From a virus (Duplodnaviria; Heunggongvirae; Uroviricota; Caudoviricetes), in IMG/VR virus record IMGVR_UViG_2537561979_000004, positions 1 to 10,867 of that record: DNA of 10,867 bases. The stretch is one strand, 5' to 3'. The notes beneath the pieces are model-generated. The model was given only the letters and a program-made list of their open reading frames with translations, was not told the DNA's origin and made no database searches. Of the stretch, positions 7,350-10,867 are shown piece after piece (the first letter of the stretch is position 1; every line of letters starts with the position of its first letter). The position numbers and the translations under genes were made by a program.

Positions 7350-7594
7350 GGTCAATACAAAGGATGCTTCGTCTTTATTATAGTAATCTGAGGCGTCGGG
7401 TGTCTTGTATCAGACAACATATTGTCCCGCTAAACAGCGAATTACAAACCACCCTGCAATGATCTCTCATCTCATTTTATATGAGTTGACGACATCAGGA
7501 TAACGCATCATCAGCCCCTGCCAAGAAATATCAAAACTCCCGCCAGCAATGTGTTATCACAATATTGTAAAAAAAACACAGCACCGAAACTATA

Positions 7595-7632
7595 ACTGGT
7601 CTCTGTTATAATTTGGAGCAGAAAGACCAGTT
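7595..7632 (+). promoter_or_regulatory. Extended -10 promoter-like element (TGTTATAAT, 7604-7612) flanked by an 8-bp inverted repeat ACTGGTCT / AGACCAGT
   Basis: TGn-TATAAT on the plus strand, antisense to the late operon. Inverted repeat arms at 7595-7602 and 7625-7632. Confidence 0.3.
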
Positions 7633-7665
7633 GCCCAACTAGCAGCATTCTCCCCTGCTTTCCTG

Positions 7666-7700
7666 ACGTAAAAAAACCGCATTAAGCGGTTTTTTTACGT
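7666..7700. terminator. 35-bp perfect palindrome ACGT-A7-CCGC-ATTAA-GCGG-T7-ACGT; bidirectional intrinsic terminator about 80 bp downstream of the Q-like gene
   Basis: Perfect dyad seen directly in the sequence. The A-tract/U-tract architecture is typical of bidirectional terminators. Confidence 0.6.
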
Positions 7701-7777
7701 ATGTCCATGTCTGCAATCCGCCTCGCGATACAGCTTTGCGAAGCATAGCAAAATTGAAGCAGTTTATACGTAAGAAA

Positions 7778-8320
7778 TCAAGCCATTTTCTCAGCAAATG
7801 ATTCACGCATGGGAATATATAGGGCATACTCAGCAACAGCTAACCAATTAGCAATCCGTTTTTCGCATGTGCTAAAACACCACTCTGGGTGTGCATCATT
7901 TAGCAATTCAGCCATTTTGCGCTTAGTCATCCCCCGCCCTTCATAGCGTTGCCGGAGAATGCAAATCAATCCTGGATGCTCTGCCAGCACCTCACTTATG
8001 ACTCGATCAATACATAACGCCTCTGCATCAGTACAATGCGCCAGCCAGCTCTTTTGCTTGCCGTTGATCATCTCTCGCAAAAACGCTTCCAGCTCAGCTT
8101 TCTCTATTCCCGCTTTTTTCATTCTGCGCAGGGCTTCATTAATGGCTGTTTTCGTCAGTTTTTTGGATGCCAACAACTGATTGAACATATTCCCTGACCT
8201 GCCACCGCCAATATACGACCAGCGCCCCCACATACGTAGTTTTCCCTGAATCCAGACACTTTCCAGCGTGGTGAGGCGAAGGTGTTCTCCGCTTTTTCCT
8301 GTATTCGTTGGGTAAATCAT
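7778..8320 (-). CDS. Putative late-gene antiterminator Q-like protein (family assignment tentative)
   Basis: 180-aa ORF translationally coupled to the upstream gene (ATGA overlap at 8317-8320). It is the last gene of the nin-like block before the lysis cassette, the canonical position of Q. Sequence family not verified. Confidence 0.5.
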   Translation of the reverse strand: MIYPTNTGKSGEHLRLTTLESVWIQGKLRMWGRWSYIGGGRSGNMFNQLLASKKLTKTAINEALRRMKKAGIEKAELEAFLREMINGKQKSWLAHCTDAEALCIDRVISEVLAEHPGLICILRQRYEGRGMTKRKMAELLNDAHPEWCFSTCEKRIANWLAVAEYALYIPMRESFAEKMA

Positions 8321-8607
8321 AAATGACCTTTCTTTCTCCAGATTTCTTGTGTGCGAAAAACCCCTTCAGCATGCATCAGGCGCAATTCTTCTTTGGTGTA
8401 ATCGCTGGTTTTTACCCGCCCGTCGATTAGATCGTGGCATGAGCTACAGGCTATCGCCGCCTGCATATCGTGTGGTTTTGTCGCTGTTCCGCACGTCCCC
8501 GCCAGCCTGTAATGCGCCAGCACAGAGGTTTCGGGATTGTGATTGCAGTAGCCAGGGATTCTGATCTGGCACATCTGGCCTTTAGCCGCTTTACGTAAAT
8601 TCACCAT
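8317..8607 (-). CDS. Small Cys-rich phage nin-region protein (DUF1364 / YbcO-like, putative zinc-binding)
   Basis: 96-aa ORF MVNLRKAAKGQMCQIRIPGYCNHNPETSVLAHYR...CSSCHDLIDGR with four or more Cys in two clusters. TAATG overlap with the upstream gene. Family recalled from memory. Confidence 0.5.
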   Translation of the reverse strand: MVNLRKAAKGQMCQIRIPGYCNHNPETSVLAHYRLAGTCGTATKPHDMQAAIACSSCHDLIDGRVKTSDYTKEELRLMHAEGVFRTQEIWRKKGHL

Positions 8608-9206
8608 TACGCAAACTCCAGTAGTTGTGCGGCCACATTTTCAACTTCCTCCTGAGAGGAGAATTTACGAAACAGAATCCAGTTCCACAGCACATTCAGT
8701 ACAGATTTATAAACCTGCTGAAACTCGACTTCGTCCATATTCGCAAAAGCGATGGATTTTGCCCGACGCCCACGGCTACCGTCCGGATAAATATGCTCGG
8801 TGTAAAATCCGGCCTGAATGGTTACCCACTCGCGGAAAGCCTCAAACGACTTTAGCAACGCCGTATCCCGGGTTCTACGAGTCGCAACGGTGTTAAGGTA
8901 TTGCTCTGCGGCATCACTCAGGGCTGGCGTGTGTTCCCGACCAACTGATTCGCACAGGTAATCAACGAAACCAGACAGCAGTTCTCGTTCGCGAGGCGTG
9001 ATCGCCCCACCGACCGGAGTCCAGTAATCGAATCCCAGTTGCAGGAGTTTGAAAAAACGCTTGTGGAATGCGTAGTTACGCACACGCTTAAAGTCTGCGT
9101 GTATCCACTCACCTATTTTGATTTGATGCAGAAAATCGCAACTCTCCGGCGTCGCCGGGAGAAGTAAACCAGAAGAAGTTTGTTTGACCAGTTGTATATG
9201 CGCCAT
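8607..9206 (-). CDS. Phage nin-region protein (DUF1367-like, resembles Rac YdaW-type proteins)
   Basis: 199-aa ORF, first gene of the coupled three-gene block, with a candidate promoter upstream. Family by recollection and context only. Confidence 0.45.
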   Translation of the reverse strand: MAHIQLVKQTSSGLLLPATPESCDFLHQIKIGEWIHADFKRVRNYAFHKRFFKLLQLGFDYWTPVGGAITPRERELLSGFVDYLCESVGREHTPALSDAAEQYLNTVATRRTRDTALLKSFEAFREWVTIQAGFYTEHIYPDGSRGRRAKSIAFANMDEVEFQQVYKSVLNVLWNWILFRKFSSQEEVENVAAQLLEFA

Positions 9207-9264
9207 TTCTCAATCTCTCGATGGCGCAGCGCAGCAGATGCCAGTTGTTCAGGCTGACGAATAA

Positions 9265-9292
9265 AGTATAAATAAACTGGCTATGGTGTAAA
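9265..9292 (-). promoter_or_regulatory. Candidate sigma70 promoter for the DUF1367-DUF1364-Q block (-35 TTTACA at 9287-9292, 16-bp spacer, -10 TATACT at 9265-9270)
   Basis: Hexamers read on the minus strand about 60 nt upstream of the ATG at 9206. Confidence 0.4.
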
Positions 9293-9486
9293 GCCCCACA
9301 TAGCATGAACAAACACTACATATCAAATAGCTGGTACAAGGATAGAAATACGACATTTATTATTAAAAACGATTAGATAAATTACATTTTAATGTTATGC
9401 AAAAGTTCTTTTTTATCATAACATTTCAATAAAAGCATTACAGATGCAATCATCCCGTCATCATCAATTATTTAAGGTGGTTAAAC

Positions 9487-9573
9487 ATGGAAAATAACAA
9501 GTTCGCACATCTCGCTCCTTTTTTATCCGTAATCCTTTTCGCTTGTTGTTTTATATGGGCATTATTTTTATAA
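9487..9573 (+). CDS. Candidate 28-aa hydrophobic small protein (MENNKFAHLAPFLSVILFACCFIWALFL)
   Basis: Strong Shine-Dalgarno AAGGTGG (9474-9480) 6 nt before the ATG at 9487. Single predicted TM helix. Sits in an otherwise ORF-free AT-rich block. Below the length cut-off of the ORF track. Confidence 0.3.
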   Translation: MENNKFAHLAPFLSVILFACCFIWALFL

Positions 9574-9978
9574 AGTAGCCACATGATAAGTTGCTGGAAT
9601 CATATTTCCCACTCAAGTCATTAACATTTGATAAGATATATCTAAAAGGACGCCTTTACATTATTTATGTGTATATAATTTATTTATATACACAGTAAAG
9701 GTATCCTGGGAAAATATTTATCGTTAAAAAATACATCATAAATAATTAAGCTGAAATTTCAGAACACAACTAATACACACAATAAGGTTCAGTAACAATA
9801 ATCTATGTGGACTACATCGAGATTTTTTGATTAAACTTTAATAACTTATTCCTAACACACAGAATGCATAAACTAAAAGTAAAACAAATAGTTATACAAA
9901 AAACAACCATATTTATTATATCTTCTCCTCTAATCAACATATCAATTATGTGTTTCATAACAGCTTGACATAACCCTC

Positions 9979-10007
9979 AAAAACACGCATTTATAATGCA
10001 TGTTTTT
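9979..10007 (+). promoter_or_regulatory. Promoter -10 (TATAAT, 9992-9997) embedded in an imperfect inverted repeat AAAAACACGCAT-ttata-ATGCATGTTTTT resembling an NsrR operator
   Basis: 12-bp arms with one mismatch. The core AACACGCATTT-a-TAATGCATGTT matches the 11-1-11 NsrR consensus (AAnATGCATTT-n-AAATGCATnTT, recalled from memory) at about 20 of 22 positions. A TTGACA at 9965-9970 is 21 bp from the -10, too far for a canonical -35. Confidence 0.45.
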
Positions 10008-10019
10008 GAGGAGGTGGTT

Positions 10020-10358
10020 ATGACACACAAGAGAATTCCTAAAGATTGGGTAATCAAACGCTCAACTCCGTTCTTCACAAAAGAGAACGTACCTTCAGCG
10101 TTATTAACACATCATAATACAGCAGCAGGTGTTTTTGGGCAGTTGTGCGTAATGGAAGGCACTGTAACATATTATGGTTTTACTGATGAGAATGCTACTG
10201 AACCGGAGATAAAAGTAGTCATTAATGCTGGCGCTTTTGCAACAAGCCCACCACAATACTGGCACCGTGTTGAACTAAGCGATGATGCTCAGTTTAATAT
10301 TAACTTTTGGGTCGCTCCAGACTTCTCGGGCGAAAAAGTCTATAGCACCAAAAAATAG
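10020..10358 (+). CDS. YeaR-like DUF1971 family protein (TehB N-terminal-domain-like)
   Basis: ATG at 10020 with GAGGAGG 6 nt upstream. Protein MTHKRIPKDWVIKRSTPFFTKENVPSALLTHHNTAAGVFGQLCVMEGTVTYYGFTDENATEPEIKVVINAGAFATSPPQYWHRVELSDDAQFNINFWVAPDF... shares the RSTPF...H.T..GV...L.VM.G.V.Y.G...E..EP......AG.FA..PP..WH..E...D..FNI.F.VAP pattern of E. coli YeaR as recalled. Confidence 0.7.
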   Translation: MTHKRIPKDWVIKRSTPFFTKENVPSALLTHHNTAAGVFGQLCVMEGTVTYYGFTDENATEPEIKVVINAGAFATSPPQYWHRVELSDDAQFNINFWVAPDFSGEKVYSTKK

Positions 10359-10387
10359 ATGATCATATTAAAAATGCTTTAACAGTC

Positions 10388-10425
10388 AGACCCGGCAGGG
10401 CTATCCCCGACGGGTCTCATTTTTG
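10388..10425 (+). terminator. Probable rho-independent terminator downstream of the yeaR-like gene
   Basis: Stem AGACCCG / CGGGTCT (10388-10394 and 10411-10417) with an internal GGG-ctat-CCC mini-hairpin, followed by CATTTTTG. Confidence 0.45.
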
Positions 10426-10591
10426 TAAATATATTGGTTCTACATTGACAGGAGACTTCAACCATAAGAAGTAATCTGAATACTTGAGCAATAAATTTAC
10501 TTAAGATTAATGAGCGCACCTTGCCGGACAAAGATAAACCAAGGTAACACCTTTTTTCTAGCCAGTATGTAATCAATCAGAAAGCCGCTCC

Positions 10592-10867
10592 GGTGATGCT
10601 GCCAACTTACTGATTTAGTGTATGATGGTGTTTTTGAGGTGCTCCAGTGGCTTCTGTTTCTATCAGCTGTCCCTCCTGTTCAGCTACTGACGGGGTGGTG
10701 CGTAACGGCAAAAGCACCGCCGGACATCAGCGCTATCTCTGCTCTCACTGCCGTAAAACATGGCAACTGCAGTTCACTTACACCGCTTCTCAACCCGGTA
10801 CGCACCAGAAAATCATTGATATGGCCATGAATGGCGTTGGATGCCGGGCAACTGCCCGCATTATGGG
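10592..10867 (+). mobile_element. IS1 insertion sequence, left end (GGTGATGCTGCCAACTTACTGATTTAGTGTATGATGG...), continuing beyond the window
   Basis: The left terminal inverted repeat and the following 276 bp match IS1 as recalled, with at least one substitution (CAACTGCCC here versus CAACAGCCC as I recall it). Confidence 0.9.
10647..10867 (+). CDS. insA: IS1 InsA (5' portion; 3' end outside the window)
   Basis: GTG start at 10647 reading [74 protein letters not shown]. The 10618-10830 ORF in the track is the wrong frame of the same DNA. Confidence 0.85.
   Translation, partial: MASVSISCPSCSATDGVVRNGKSTAGHQRYLCSHCRKTWQLQFTYTASQPGTHQKIIDMAMNGVGCRATARIM

Noticed and set aside
7143-7383. Overlapping 70-aa (minus) and 78-aa (plus) ORFs in the intergenic region
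   Set aside because: Low-complexity AT-rich translations, mutually overlapping, no ribosome-binding sites; the region contains terminator and promoter-like signals instead.
6880-7780. tRNA genes or stx-like toxin cargo between the Q-like gene and the lysis genes
   Set aside because: Lambdoid prophages often carry tRNAs or stx here, but I found no GTTCRANYC T-loop signature or tRNA-length cloverleaf on either strand (the 6896-7000 element has a 9-bp outer stem and is too long), and no toxin-like ORF.
7639-7836. 65-aa minus-strand ORF
   Set aside because: Overlaps the 3' end of the Q-like gene in another frame and runs through the palindromic terminator.
7959-8564. ORFs 7959-8180 (+), 8139-8372 (-) and 8349-8564 (+)
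   Set aside because: Alternative or antisense frames within the coupled DUF1364 and Q-like genes.
8625-9312. ORFs 8625-8855 (+), 8627-8896 (+), 8918-9112 (-) and 9109-9312 (-)
   Set aside because: Antisense or alternative frames within or adjacent to the DUF1367-like gene; 9109-9312 would run through the candidate promoter.
9965-9997. Canonical sigma70 promoter formed by TTGACA (9965-9970) and TATAAT (9992-9997)
   Set aside because: The spacer is 21 bp, too long for a standard promoter; the -10 is probably used with a weak -35 or an activator, so only the -10/operator is reported.
10379-10576. 65-aa minus-strand ORF between the yeaR-like gene and IS1
   Set aside because: No ribosome-binding site, runs through the predicted terminator; likely non-coding.
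10618-10830. 70-aa plus-strand ORF in the IS1 end
   Set aside because: Wrong reading frame of the IS1 insA region; the GTG-initiated InsA frame matches the known protein.
1-10867. CRISPR array or rRNA
   Set aside because: No direct-repeat/spacer periodicity and no rRNA-like conserved blocks seen anywhere in the window.

Overview
This window looks like a decayed Rac/phage-21-like lambdoid prophage remnant (about 1050-9200), bracketed by the 3' end of an IS3 copy (1-471) and the 5' end of an IS1 copy (10592-10867), with a YeaR-like (DUF1971) gene between the remnant and IS1. All calls rest on reading the sequence and recalling protein families from memory; no database search was run. The late operon runs on the minus strand: a translationally coupled DUF1367-DUF1364-Q-like block (9206 to 7778), about 2.2 kb of cargo, then an apparently intact phage-21-type lysis cassette (pinholin S, SAR endolysin R, Rz with embedded Rz1) and trkG. 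No terminase, head or tail genes are present. Left of trkG sits a silent plus-strand tail-fibre cassette (frameshifted variable stf segment and tfa) abutting a gix/pix-like crossover site, then a pin invertase pseudogene that reads into a Tfa C-terminal fragment. The most interesting candidate is the cargo in the Q-to-S slot: two tandem lipoprotein genes whose C-terminal domains resemble TolA domain III, a plausible but untested superinfection-exclusion or colicin-tolerance module. Other items worth a second look are a 105-nt nested-dyad element, a possible small RNA unit next to Q, an NsrR-like operator on the yeaR-like promoter, and an 800-bp AT-rich ORF-poor block containing a 28-codon hydrophobic ORF.
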